Numbered from the stretch's first letter, positions 1 through 9,936 are shown. The stretch is DNA of 64,000 bases from an uncultured Enterocloster sp. (GCA_944384065.1 CALWRY010000005.1:294-64293), one strand, 5' to 3'. A program made the numbers and translations. The notes: generated from the letters alone by a model not told the origin.

Positions 1-7
1 AACATAA

Positions 8-1563
8 CTATCCGATCAGCACTGTTTTCCCCTGAAAGGCGAATCCATAGCTGCGGATGCGGTCCTTCTCAATTCCCTTTGCCGCAAGCCCGGCCGCATA
101 CTGCTTCTCCTCAATCTGCCGGTGAGCCGCCGCAACCGTGTCTTCCAGGCAGGACTCCTTTCTGGCGTTGAACACTTTAAACTCCAAAATAATCGCGTCG
201 TCCTTTTCAGGATTCCTTGGCTCCAGCATCACGTCATACCGGCCAAACCCGCTCTCCCGGTTGGATGTAATGATATATCTGTCCTGCAGCTCCACCATGA
301 GCCCCAGGACAAAGCCATGGTAGAAACGTTCCGGCTCCTCCTTATACGCATTTTTCCCCGTATCAAAATAAGAAAATGTGCGGAATGCCACCCGGTTCAT
401 ATATTCATTCATGGCATCCATATCGTCCTGCAGCATGGCCTTGATAAAATCATTGTAATCTGTCCTGGACTCGGCAAACCACCCCCGCACCATGGTGAAG
501 AACATGCGCTTCACCTCAAGATTGGTCAGCGTCAAGTCATACAGCGGTTCTCTCCCGAACTCCAAAAACTCCATCTGCTCATAGGAGAGCACCTTCAGAT
601 ATCCGCTGGCCAAAAGCAGGCTCCAGATTGCCTCCTCGTTCCCGTCCAGCTGCTTATACACAATCTGCTCGTCTATAGGAACGCGCAGCACTTCCCCCCG
701 CAGCAGTCTCTCAAAATCTTCCTTTACCCCACGGCTCCCCTCACGGATCAGCTTTCCCACCAGGCTGTTGGAGCTGGTATTGGCCCAGTAGGTCGTCAAA
801 ACTCCTGTATCCAAAAAATTCAGAATAGACCATGGGTTATACATATCCCCATGATTTCCGAAAATATGGACTCCTCGCTCACCCGCGTAATGCCTGTCAT
901 GATGGCCCGCTCCATCCACGGATTGGTCTTAAAAGCGGAGTTAAAAAGATTCCTGGTAAAGCCGGCAAATTCGTCCCAATATCCGTCCACATACGCCTCC
1001 TGCATAGGCGTATCATATTCATCCAGGAGAATAATGGCCTTTTTCCCATAATATCTGCACAGAAAATTGGACAGCTGGTACAATGCCAGGCTTGCGTCGC
1101 TGTCGTCCATATCCACTGCGAGGACGCGGTCAAAATATGCCCGATCCGTCTCTGTCAGCGCGCCGCTTTCTCTCAAAAATGAATACCGCACGTAAAGATT
1201 CGCCAAAAGCTGGCAAATTTTTTTCCTGGCGGTCCGGTATTCCCTTTCCTTCACGCCTGCGAAAGAAAGGCTGATCAACGGATAGGTTCCCCGAATCTGC
1301 CGATAGGCCTCATTTCCCCAGATAGACAGCCCTTCAAAAAGATTCTCTTCCTTTGCATAGTCCACGGAGAAAAAGTGCTCCACCATACTCATGTTCAGCG
1401 TCTTGCCGAATCGTCTCGGACGCGCGATCAGCGTCACACTGTCCCCGCTCTCCCACCACTCCCGGATAAAATCCGTCTTATCGATATAAAAGTATCCTTT
1501 TCGTATTAAATCCCCAAAATCCTGTATCCCAATCGCTACGGTTCTCCCTGCCTTTTGTCCCAT
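8..1563 (-). pseudogene. AAA-ATPase / PD-(D/E)XK nuclease fusion protein, disrupted by an internal out-of-frame deletion near 860-870
   Basis: N-terminal frame (ATG 1563, RBS AGGAGG) has YIDKT, Walker A ARPRRFGKT, LLDEYD and TGITRVS. C-terminal frame (8..~870) has YNPWS, ERFYHGF, NRESGFGRYD, LEFK and QIEEKQY. The halves are in different frames and the usual SDLNN...FGFT...WYDG segment is absent. Confidence 0.85.
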
Positions 1564-1729
1564 ACACAGACACCTCCTCCGCAAAGATTCGCTCAATACG
1601 CCATTCGGACCACTGTGCTCTGCTTTAAATATACTGGATTTCCAGGTAATTTTCAATACAGTCCCATTCCCACAGGCAAACGGTCCTATCCCATTCCCCA
1701 GGCAGACCGCCAGCCGCACAGCAGCCAAA

Positions 1730-1765
1730 AAGGGCTGCGCCCTGTTCATCATTCGCGCAGCCCTT
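1730..1765 (-). terminator. probable intrinsic terminator after glyA
   Basis: Inverted repeat AAGGGCTGCGC...GCGCAGCCCTT followed by Ts on the minus strand. Confidence 0.6.
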
Positions 1766-1785
1766 CCCTATATGATTCGTTGGAT

Positions 1786-3033
1786 CTATCTGTAAATCGG
1801 ATACTTATCGCAGAGCTTCGTCACCTCTGCCCGGATGTAATCCGCCTTTGCCTCAAAGTCCGTGGCGGCCAGCCAGATGCACTCTGCAATCTTCGGCATA
1901 TCCTCCTCCTTCAGGCCTCTGGTGGTGATGGCCGGAGTTCCGATGCGCACGCCGGAGGTCACAAAGGGCTTTCTGGGGTCATTGGGAACTGAGTTCTTGT
2001 TCAGGGTGATGTACACCTCGTCGCAGCGGTTCTGAAGCTCCTTGCCGGAGATGTCCATATCCCGAAGGTCAACCAGCATCAGGTGGTTGTCCGTGCCGCC
2101 GGTGAGAAGCTTAAAGCCACGCTCCATCAGAGCGTCCGCCAGCGCCTTGGCGTTCTTCACTACCTGGTGCTGGTACTCCTTAAACTCCGGCTTCATGGCC
2201 TCCCCGAAGCACACGGCCTTGGCCGCAATCACATGCTCCAGCGGGCCGCCCTGGGTTCCCGGGAAAATAGCCTTGTTAAAGTTGAACTGCTCTGCCGCCT
2301 CCTTGTTGGCCAAAATCATGCCGCCTCTGGGCCCCCGCAGAGTCTTGTGGGTGGTGGTGGTCACCACGTGGGCATAGGGAATGGGGCTGGGATGCTCGCC
2401 TGCCGCCACCAGGCCGGCAATGTGGGCCATATCAACCATCAGGTAAGCGCCCACCTCGTCTGCGATCTCCCGGAACCGCTTAAAATCAATAGTGCGGGCA
2501 TAGGCGCTGGCTCCCGCGATGATAAGCTTCGGCTTTGCCTCCTTGGCAATGCGCTCCAGCTCGTCATAGTCGATAAATCCCTCGTCGTTCACCCCATAGG
2601 GTACGATGTGATAGTTCAGGCCGGAGAAGTTCACAGGGCTTCCATGGGTCAGATGGCCGCCGTGGTTTAAATTCATGCCCAGAACCGTATCACCCGGCTG
2701 CAGCATAGCGATAAACACCGCCATATTGGCCTGTGCGCCGGAGTGGGGCTGTACATTGGCATAATCACAGCCGAACAGCTTCTTGGCCCGCTCAATCGCC
2801 AGGTTCTCCACCACGTCCACGCACTGGCAGCCGCCGTAATAGCGCTTTCCGGGATACCCCTCCGCGTACTTATTTGTAAGCACTGTGCCCATAGCCAGCA
2901 TCACCGGCTCCGACACAATATTCTCCGAAGCAATCAGCTCCAGATTCCGGCTCTGGCGCGCAAACTCCGCCTCCACCGCCTGGCCCACCTCATTGTCATA
3001 GCCGGCCAACAGATCCATCACTTCTTTAACCAT
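1786..3033 (-). CDS. glyA: serine hydroxymethyltransferase
   Basis: [32 protein letters not shown] and the PLP-lysine motif [13 protein letters not shown]; start moved to ATG 3033. Confidence 0.97.
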   Translation of the reverse strand: MVKEVMDLLAGYDNEVGQAVEAEFARQSRNLELIASENIVSEPVMLAMGTVLTNKYAEGYPGKRYYGGCQCVDVVENLAIERAKKLFGCDYANVQPHSGAQANMAVFIAMLQPGDTVLGMNLNHGGHLTHGSPVNFSGLNYHIVPYGVNDEGFIDYDELERIAKEAKPKLIIAGASAYARTIDFKRFREIADEVGAYLMVDMAHIAGLVAAGEHPSPIPYAHVVTTTTHKTLRGPRGGMILANKEAAEQFNFNKAIFPGTQGGPLEHVIAAKAVCFGEAMKPEFKEYQHQVVKNAKALADALMERGFKLLTGGTDNHLMLVDLRDMDISGKELQNRCDEVYITLNKNSVPNDPRKPFVTSGVRIGTPAITTRGLKEEDMPKIAECIWLAATDFEAKADYIRAEVTKLCDKYPIYR

Positions 3034-3268
3034 TTCCCTGCCCATCCTTTCTTTGGTATACCGTTTTACCTTTTTGCCTTTTCTGCTGATTATACCGTAT
3101 CCCACAGGAAAATGCAAGGCTATCCGTCTCTTAAGAATTTCATCAGAAATTGTCCACATTTTTAATTGTTTAGACACATTTTAGACACAATTTCTCCGTA
3201 TTATCTTACGTGTCACAGACAAGGACAGATGCCTCACCTGGAGGCATCAAAGGAGAGGAGAGATTATT

Positions 3269-3652
3269 ATGAAGAAATCACTTGCAAAGACCATGACAGC
3301 TATCCTTGCTGCCGCTATGGTGGCCGCTGGAGTAACCGCATGCGGATCTGACGATACCGCTGAGACCTCCACCGCAGCCGTTGAGACCACTGCTGAGGAG
3401 ACCACCGCAGCTGAGACCGAGGCTGAGGAGACCAGCGAGGAGGCCGCTGAGGAGACCGAGGCTGCTGACGCTGAGTCCGCCGAGGAGACCGAGGCCGCTG
3501 ACGCTGAGTCTGCCGAGGAGACCGAGGCCGCTGACGCTGAGTCCGCCGAGGAGACCGAGGCTGCTGACGCTGAGTCCGCCGAGGAGACTGAGGCTGCTGA
3601 CGCTGAGTCCGCCGAGGAGACCGAGGCCGCTGAGGAGACTGAGGCTGAGTAA
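3269..3652 (+). CDS. acidic low-complexity repeat lipoprotein
   Basis: RBS GGAGGAG, signal peptide with lipobox VTAC, then an almost purely A/E/T/S/D chain. Confidence 0.85.
   Translation: MKKSLAKTMTAILAAAMVAAGVTACGSDDTAETSTAAVETTAEETTAAETEAEETSEEAAEETEAADAESAEETEAADAESAEETEAADAESAEETEAADAESAEETEAADAESAEETEAAEETEAE
3449..3633 (+). repeat. 33-bp coding tandem repeat (EETEAADAESA) x5 plus a partial copy
   Basis: Unit GAGGAGACYGAGGCYGCTGACGCTGAGTCYGCC is repeated head to tail with only synonymous differences. Confidence 0.95.
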
Positions 3653-3687
3653 GCTTCCCTGTGATCGGAACTGCGCAGAAAGCGCGC

Positions 3688-3752
3688 AAAAACCCGGAAG
3701 GTCCGGGCCCGGGCGGATGTGCTCCGCCTGGCGCCCCAGCTTCCGGGTTTTT
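3688..3752. terminator. bidirectional terminator between the lipoprotein gene and recJ
   Basis: AAAACCCGGAAG...CTTCCGGGTTTTT inverted repeat between convergent genes. Confidence 0.7.
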
Positions 3753-3759
3753 CTATTTC

Positions 3760-5484
3760 TCATCGGAACTTCCACGCCTTGATCACCACCTGGAGGCTGC
3801 GGCTTCCATTGTACGTATTTACCGTGGGATAGTATACAATATCCATCTGCCGGCTCCTCCCCATCTCCTCCATAAAGCGGTCCCCCTCGGTGAACACCAC
3901 GCCGTCCATGCCAAAGCCTCTCTCATTTGCCAGGCTTAGGCGGACCACATTCCGGTTCCGCCCCATGACCCGGGCGCTCCGCACCGTCATGGATTTCTGG
4001 GCAAACTGGGGCTTTTCATTTCCCTGGCCAAAGGGCTCCAAAAGGGAGAGCTCCTCGATCAGCCGGTCATTGATATACTCAAAGGGCATGGCCGCGTCAA
4101 TCCAGATTTTGGGAATAAAGTCCTCCGGCTTCAATATTCTGTCCCCGTTCTCATTCAAACGGCGGCGGAACTCCTCCACATTCTTCTCTTCCAGGGAAAA
4201 TCCCGCAGCCATGGGATGGCCGCCGAATTTCAGCAGAAGGTCCTTTACCTCCACCAGGGCCTGAAACATATGGTAGGCCTCGATGGAGCGGCCCGATCCC
4301 TTCACACAGCCCTCGCTTCTCGTGAGAATGAACACCGGCTTGTGGTATTGCTCCCGGATGCGCCCCGCCACAATCCCAGCCAGGGATTCATGGCAGTCCG
4401 GCAGAAAGAGCACCAGCACCTTGTCCCGGGAAAATGGTCCCTCCGCCAGCCCAGCCGCAGCGTCCACCCCCTGCTGGGTCATATCCTTTCTCTGGTCATT
4501 CAAAGCTTTCAGCTCCCCGGCCAGCCTCTCCGCCTCCCCCGCGTCCTGGCTCAGCAGCAGGGATACCGCCATCTGGGCGGTCTGAAGCCTCCCGCTGGCA
4601 TTCAGACAGGGCCCCAGCACAAAGCCCACATGGTAGGCGGTGATGGCTGCCGGGTCCAGGGCATTTGCCTGGATAAGCTTCTGCAGGCCCAGATTCTCTG
4701 TGTAAGCGAGCCGCCTTAAGCCCTCCTTCACCACAATGCGGTTTTCATCCTTTAAGGGCATCACGTCCCCCACCGTGGCGATAGCCGCAAGCTCCAAAAG
4801 CTTTAGCCACTCCTGCCGGGGCACGCCTTCCTCCTCAAACATCACCTGCATGAGCTTGAAGGCCACCATAGCCCCGCAGATATCCCGAAAAGGATACGCT
4901 CCGCCCTCCCGCTTGGGATTCACAATGGCTAACGCCGGCGGAAGCACCTCCTCCCCCTCCGGCGTCCGCTGGATGTCGTGGTGGTCCGTCACCACCACCC
5001 GAAGCCCCAGAGAGGCTGCCAGGGAAATCTGGCTCACTGCCGCGATTCCATTGTCGCAGGTGAGAAGCACCTCCACGCCGTCCGCTGCGGCCTCCTCGAT
5101 GATGCGCTCATTGATGCCGTAGCCGTCCCGGATGCGCTCCGGAATCACATAATCCACCGCTGCTCCCAGACGCTTAAGCGCCGTGCAGAGAATGCACACG
5201 GAGCAGACGCCGTCAATATCGTAATCCCCCACAATCCGTATCCGGCTCCCCCTGGAGATTTCCTGCTCCAATATATGGGCCGCCTTCTCCATATCCGGCA
5301 AAAGCCTGGGGTTATATAAGTCCCCCAGGCCTCCATTTAAGTACCGCTCGAAATCCTCCGGGCTCTCCACATCCCGGTTCCGTATAATCCGGGCTGTCAC
5401 AGGGCTTATATGAAACCGCTCCGCCAGCCCATTAAAATCCGCCTTCTTTGTATACAGCATCCACACTGCAGCTTTACTGTCCAT
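3760..5484 (-). CDS. recJ: single-stranded-DNA-specific exonuclease RecJ
   Basis: GDYDIDG, TCDNG, TDHH, GPCLNASGRL, GSGRS and FGGHPMAAG motifs. Confidence 0.96.
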   Translation of the reverse strand: MDSKAAVWMLYTKKADFNGLAERFHISPVTARIIRNRDVESPEDFERYLNGGLGDLYNPRLLPDMEKAAHILEQEISRGSRIRIVGDYDIDGVCSVCILCTALKRLGAAVDYVIPERIRDGYGINERIIEEAAADGVEVLLTCDNGIAAVSQISLAASLGLRVVVTDHHDIQRTPEGEEVLPPALAIVNPKREGGAYPFRDICGAMVAFKLMQVMFEEEGVPRQEWLKLLELAAIATVGDVMPLKDENRIVVKEGLRRLAYTENLGLQKLIQANALDPAAITAYHVGFVLGPCLNASGRLQTAQMAVSLLLSQDAGEAERLAGELKALNDQRKDMTQQGVDAAAGLAEGPFSRDKVLVLFLPDCHESLAGIVAGRIREQYHKPVFILTRSEGCVKGSGRSIEAYHMFQALVEVKDLLLKFGGHPMAAGFSLEEKNVEEFRRRLNENGDRILKPEDFIPKIWIDAAMPFEYINDRLIEELSLLEPFGQGNEKPQFAQKSMTVRSARVMGRNRNVVRLSLANERGFGMDGVVFTEGDRFMEEMGRSRQMDIVYYPTVNTYNGSRSLQVVIKAWKFR

Positions 5485-6853
5485 GCTTCCCGTCGTCCTC
5501 CTTTTTGCGAAAACCGTTCAGGCACCGCGGCACAATCACTCCGGCTGCAGCCCCGGCCGCAGCGGGCAGTACCCAGCCGAAGCCGGCTTCATAGCCGGGG
5601 AGCCAGCCCGCAAGCCATGCTCCCGGAAAGGCAAGCCCCGCCTTCTGGGCCCCATAGATGATGCTCACCACCGCGGTGAAGGACACGGTCCACAGATACA
5701 CCTTCCCATCCCTTCCAATCAGGCCGCTCAAAAAGGAGAGCACAATCAGCACAATCGCCACCGGATATATGGCATGGAGTACCGGCTCCGAAATCTTTAA
5801 AATCGCATCCAGGCCCGCGCTTGATATAAAAAGGCTCGCAATGGCGAAGACTCCCATCCAGGCCCTATAGCCCAGCCGGGAAAAGCGGGTGGAAAAGTAT
5901 TGGCTGCAGCAGCACAGAAGTCCCACGCAGGTATTTAAGCAGGCAATAAAGAAGATAAAGCCCAAAATGGCCAGGCCCGCGCTGCCAAAGAGGCTCCCCG
6001 CCACATAGGTGAGAATCCGTGCTCCGTTGGCCCCCTCTCCCGCCAGACGTCCCACCGGCGCTCCCACATAGGCCAAGGCGCTGTACACCAGAGCCAGGAG
6101 CAGGCCCGCTGCCGCACCGGCCTTTATGGTCTCCCGCACCACAGAGCCGTCCTGGGTCACGCCCTTAGCCCGCACATTCATGGCGATGATGATGCCGAAG
6201 TTCAGCGCGGCCAATGTGTCCATGGTGTCATACCCCGCCAGGAAGCCCGTGAGGGCGGGCGCAGCCTGATAGGAGGCCTCCGGCCCCGCAGGCGTCCCCG
6301 CAGGCCACACCAGGCAGCCTGTAAAGATAACCGCGATGAGAATGAGAAGCGTGGGGCAGAGCACCTTTCCCAGCCGCTCTGTCAGCCGGTCCGGCCGGAG
6401 CGACAAAAGCACGGCAATGCAGAAAAACAGTGCGGAGTAGCCTGCCTGAGCGGCAAAGCTTCCCTCGATTCCCAGAAAGCTTCCTTCCAGGTCGATGCCC
6501 AGAGCACCTGCCGCCGGAAGCACTGTCATCTCAAAGGAGGTGCTGGCCGTCCTGGGGATGGCCAGACAGGGGCCGATAAAGAGATAGACTAAGAGCGGAA
6601 AAATAGACGCGAACCGCGGTCCCACCCGGCCGCAGAGCTTTTCGATTCCGTCTGAGAGAGCCACCGCCGCCACTCCCAGGATAGGGAGGCAGGCCGCGCT
6701 CACCAGAAAGCCCGCCATGGCCTTCCAGGACGCGGTCCCCGCCTGGGCGCCCAAAAAGGGCGGGAAAATCAAATTCCCCGCCCCGAAGAACATGGAAAAC
6801 AGGGTAAAACCAACTAAGAGAAGATTCCTGATGGATAATTTCTGTCTGCTCAT
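5474..6853 (-). CDS. brnQ: branched-chain amino acid transport system II carrier
   Basis: FSMFFGAGNLIFPP, AIPRTA and GYDTMDTLAAL motifs; multiple TM helices. Confidence 0.95.
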   Translation of the reverse strand: MSRQKLSIRNLLLVGFTLFSMFFGAGNLIFPPFLGAQAGTASWKAMAGFLVSAACLPILGVAAVALSDGIEKLCGRVGPRFASIFPLLVYLFIGPCLAIPRTASTSFEMTVLPAAGALGIDLEGSFLGIEGSFAAQAGYSALFFCIAVLLSLRPDRLTERLGKVLCPTLLILIAVIFTGCLVWPAGTPAGPEASYQAAPALTGFLAGYDTMDTLAALNFGIIIAMNVRAKGVTQDGSVVRETIKAGAAAGLLLALVYSALAYVGAPVGRLAGEGANGARILTYVAGSLFGSAGLAILGFIFFIACLNTCVGLLCCCSQYFSTRFSRLGYRAWMGVFAIASLFISSAGLDAILKISEPVLHAIYPVAIVLIVLSFLSGLIGRDGKVYLWTVSFTAVVSIIYGAQKAGLAFPGAWLAGWLPGYEAGFGWVLPAAAGAAAGVIVPRCLNGFRKKEDDGKHGQ

Positions 6854-7014
6854 GGGTTATAGATTCCCTTCTTTTGTACCATATACGTGTCATACGCTGC
6901 CGCTGCATCCGTCATATTTACCTTATAATAGCACATTTTGGAGGCTGTTTCAATCGCGTTTGGAGGCTGTCCCCAAATCACAATTTATTGCCCCCTAATT
7001 TTTCAAAAAAGTTC

Positions 7015-7043
7015 TTGACAATCGCACGCCGATTCGCTATAAT
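7015..7043 (+). promoter_or_regulatory. consensus sigma-A promoter of tRNA-Arg(ACG)
   Basis: TTGACA-17 bp-TATAAT with an A/T tract upstream. Confidence 0.9.
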
Positions 7044-7084
7044 AATTTTTGCGTTGTTGAGGAAGTACTTCTCAGCGCGAGGAT

Positions 7085-7158
7085 GCGTCAGTAGCTCAGC
7101 TGGATAGAGCATACGGCTACGGACCGTAGTGTCGGGAGTTCGAATCTTCTCTGGCGCG
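7085..7158 (+). tRNA. tRNA-Arg (anticodon ACG)
   Basis: Acceptor GCGTCAG/CTGGCGC, D-arm GCTC/GAGC, anticodon arm TACGG-CTACGGA-CCGTA, TTCGAAT loop; CCA not encoded. Confidence 0.96.
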
Positions 7159-7163
7159 CGAAG

Positions 7164-7197
7164 AAAACCCTGTAAGCGTGAGGCTTGCAGGGTTTTT
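7164..7197 (+). terminator. terminator after tRNA-Arg
   Basis: AAAACCCTGTAAGC...GCTTGCAGGGTTTTT hairpin plus T-run. Confidence 0.8.
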
Positions 7198-7210
7198 GTT
7201 ATAATTTGTT

Positions 7211-7262
7211 TGTTTCACATGAACACACGAAAATCCCCGGAGTGGCAGCTCCGGGGATTTTC
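7211..7262 (+). ncRNA. putative RNAII-like type I antitoxin RNA ending in a bidirectional terminator
   Basis: TGTTATAAT extended -10 at 7197-7205, then TTTCACATGAACAC and the perfect hairpin GAAAATCCCCGGAG/CTCCGGGGATTTTC (7229-7262); converges on a toxin-like remnant. Confidence 0.45.
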
Positions 7263-7309
7263 TATTCCTACTTTTATGGGAAGGCTTAGACCCACAGGCT
7301 GGTTACCGA

Positions 7310-7360
7310 TTAGTCATCGCCGTCCAACCATTTGATGATGTAGTGGCAGGCTGCACCCGC
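7310..7360 (-). pseudogene. 3' remnant of a Fst-like type I toxin peptide (AGAACHYIIKWLDGDD*)
   Basis: Alternative frame under the phosphodiesterase tail gives the hydrophobic-KWLD-charged C-terminus typical of clostridial Fst-like toxins; no start codon or N-terminal half. Confidence 0.6.
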
Positions 7361-8090
7361 TCCGCTCCACCGAATCCAGCCATCCCCTGGCCACCCCCGG
7401 GAAGTTGGTGATAATCCCCTCGCAGCCCCACTCATAGAGCCGTTCCAGGCCTTCCATCGAATTCACAGTCCACACATTCAGGCCGACTCCGTGATTTTTG
7501 CAGTTCTCCGCCATCTCGCGGGTAAGCCCCTCGTAATCCGGATGGTAGAAGGCAAAGCCATTGGTCCGGCAGTAGTATCCCGCGTTTCCGATTCCGGCCC
7601 TTCCCATCAGGGCCCCGCAGACCGCCTCCGGCATCAGCTCCTTGATGCGAAGCAGCGACACATGGTTGAAGGAGGAGAACATCACCTTATCCTCCAGGCC
7701 GTGCCTGCGAATAATATCCAGCGTTTTTCTCTCGATATCCTCATAATAATAGACCCCGGTCTTTATCTCAATATTTGTCTCGATTCCCGCCTGCTTCGCC
7801 CAGGCGCAGTACTCCTCAAAGGCGGGTATGCGCTGGAATTCCGCCGTCTGGGGATGGAGCTTCGCCGCATTAAATTGCGCAAGCTCCTTATAGGTGTAGT
7901 CCTTCACAAAGCCTGTGCCGTCCGTGGTCCGGTCGATGCGCTCATCGTGAATAACCACAACCTCCCCGTCCCTTGTGAGCTGCACATCCAGCTCAATGGC
8001 ATCCGCCCCGGCCTCCGCCGCCTTCTCAAAGGCCAGCATGGTATTTTCCGGATATTTTCCGCTGTCGCCTCTGTGGGCCATTACTTTCAT
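7314..8090 (-). CDS. glycerophosphodiester phosphodiesterase (GlpQ/UgpQ family)
   Basis: AHRG, PENTM, ELDVQLTRDG, HD, NIEIK, WTVN and GIITNFP motifs. Confidence 0.95.
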   Translation of the reverse strand: MKVMAHRGDSGKYPENTMLAFEKAAEAGADAIELDVQLTRDGEVVVIHDERIDRTTDGTGFVKDYTYKELAQFNAAKLHPQTAEFQRIPAFEEYCAWAKQAGIETNIEIKTGVYYYEDIERKTLDIIRRHGLEDKVMFSSFNHVSLLRIKELMPEAVCGALMGRAGIGNAGYYCRTNGFAFYHPDYEGLTREMAENCKNHGVGLNVWTVNSMEGLERLYEWGCEGIITNFPGVARGWLDSVERSGCSLPLHHQMVGRR

Positions 8091-8132
8091 TGTACCGTCC
8101 TCCTTATTCTGCCGCTCATTCTCTGAACGCCC

Positions 8133-9014
8133 TTACTTCATCGCCGCTTTCGAATAACCGGTGAGCATATATTTCTGGAAAATAAAGAACAGAATCACCA
8201 CCGGAAGAATCGCCATCACCGCGCCAGCCATAATCTCGTGGTTGTTCATGGTGGCCTGGCCGGCAAAGGTGTTCTTCAGCTGGGCAAGTCCCACGGTCAG
8301 GACCCGGCGGGTCTCATTCTTGGCAATAATCTTGGGCCAGAAGTAGTTGTTCCACCCGCTGGTAAAGGTCACCAGGGTCACGGTAAACAGCGTGGATTTG
8401 CACATAGGCGCCAATATCTTGGTGATAATCCCAATCCGGCCCAGGCCGTCCACCCTTGCCGCCTCCACATAGCTGTCATCGATGGCCATAAAGGTCTGCC
8501 GCAGCATAAAAATATAGTAGGGAGACACACACTCCGGGAGAATAAGTCCCAGAAAGGTATCCGACAGGCCCCAGTTGGCGCACATGATGTAAATCGGAAT
8601 AAATGTCACCTGCAGGGGAATCATCAGCGCTCCCAGCACGATGAGGAAGCAGAGATTCTGTCCCTTAAATTTGCCCTTGGAAAAACCATAGGCGGCGAAA
8701 ACGCCCGTGACAATCTGGGAAATCAAAAGTCCCGCTGTCATCACAATTGTATTATAATAGTATTTTCCAAAATTTGCACGCTCAAACACATTGATATAGT
8801 TCTCAAAATGGAATTCCTTGGGCCACAGAGTGGGCTCCAAAAGCAGAATCTCCTCCTGAGATTTCACAGAGGAAATCAGCATCCAGTAGAGAGGGAATAC
8901 CACTATCAGCAGCACAGCAACCGCCAGAACATATTGAATCGCTGTCCGTATCCTTCTTGCGCGCTTTGCTTTCCTGTCCGCGGACAGATAAGCCGCATTT
9001 CCATTCCTGCTCAT
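8133..9014 (-). CDS. carbohydrate ABC permease (UgpE-like)
   Basis: EAA loop EAARVDG, WNNYFWP; RBS AAGGAGG before ATG 9014. Confidence 0.92.
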   Translation of the reverse strand: MSRNGNAAYLSADRKAKRARRIRTAIQYVLAVAVLLIVVFPLYWMLISSVKSQEEILLLEPTLWPKEFHFENYINVFERANFGKYYYNTIVMTAGLLISQIVTGVFAAYGFSKGKFKGQNLCFLIVLGALMIPLQVTFIPIYIMCANWGLSDTFLGLILPECVSPYYIFMLRQTFMAIDDSYVEAARVDGLGRIGIITKILAPMCKSTLFTVTLVTFTSGWNNYFWPKIIAKNETRRVLTVGLAQLKNTFAGQATMNNHEIMAGAVMAILPVVILFFIFQKYMLTGYSKAAMK

Positions 9015-9027
9015 AGCCGTCTCCTCC

Positions 9028-9936
9028 TTACGAATCATAGTGCACGCTGCTCTGGGACACCTTGAAGGTCAGAGCCGTGACGGCGAGCAGCAGCGCAAAG
9101 AACGCGATAGCGATGACCGAGGCCCGGTCCATCCGAAAATCCTCCATGGCGTACAGATAAATCTTGTACACGAACACCTCTGTGGACCGGTAGGGCCCGC
9201 CCTGGGTCAAAATATCCACTGACTGGAACACCTTCATGGATGAGATAAAGGTGGTGACGAACAGGAACAGGGTGGTAGGCGAGAGCAGCGGCAGGGTAAT
9301 CCTCCAGAACTTCTGGGAGGCCGTCGCTCCATCCAGGGAGGCCGCCTCATAATAATCCTTGGATATGCCAATCATGGCAGACAGGTAAATCATCATGCCG
9401 TAGCCAACCGCCCGCCAGCCCGTAAGCATCAGCACCGAAATCAGAGCCGTGCTTCGGCTGCCCAGCCAGTCCACAGCAGGAAGCCCCATCCGCTCCAGAA
9501 GGTAATTGAGGATGCCGGTGTCTGTGTTCAAAATCCACAGAAATACCACCGCCGCAGAGGACATCGCCACATAGTGGGGCACAAAGATCACCGCCCGCAT
9601 CACGGAGAAGGCGCGGGTCATGCGGTTAAAAATCAGGGCGAAAATCAGTCCCCCCACCAGAGTAATCGCCAGCTCTCCGATGGAGTAGAGCACCGTGACC
9701 CGCAGGGAATTGAGCAGATGGCGGGTGCCTGAGCCGCAAAACAGCCACTTCCAGTTTTCCAGTCCTACATACTGCCAGGTAGGGTTTAACAGGTTCCAGT
9801 CCGTAAAGCTGATCTGTACCAGCTTTCCAATGGGATAATAGGTAAAAACCGCCAGAAAAATCAGCGCCGGCAAAACACAGGCAAAATCCTTGATGCTGGC
9901 TATGGTCTTTGGCTTAAAAAGAGATTTCTTTTCCAT
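9028..9936 (-). CDS. carbohydrate ABC permease (UgpA-like)
   Basis: YYEAASLDGA, ITLPLLSPT and LTQGGP motifs. Confidence 0.92.
   Translation of the reverse strand: MEKKSLFKPKTIASIKDFACVLPALIFLAVFTYYPIGKLVQISFTDWNLLNPTWQYVGLENWKWLFCGSGTRHLLNSLRVTVLYSIGELAITLVGGLIFALIFNRMTRAFSVMRAVIFVPHYVAMSSAAVVFLWILNTDTGILNYLLERMGLPAVDWLGSRSTALISVLMLTGWRAVGYGMMIYLSAMIGISKDYYEAASLDGATASQKFWRITLPLLSPTTLFLFVTTFISSMKVFQSVDILTQGGPYRSTEVFVYKIYLYAMEDFRMDRASVIAIAFFALLLAVTALTFKVSQSSVHYDS

Noticed and set aside
3449-3633. 33-bp repeats as a CRISPR array
   Set aside because: No spacers; in-frame coding repeat; no cas genes.
6937-7012. TTTGGAGGCTGT direct repeat and CodY-like box upstream of brnQ
   Set aside because: The CodY match has three mismatches and coincides with the tRNA promoter's A/T tract; the 12-bp repeat has no supporting context.
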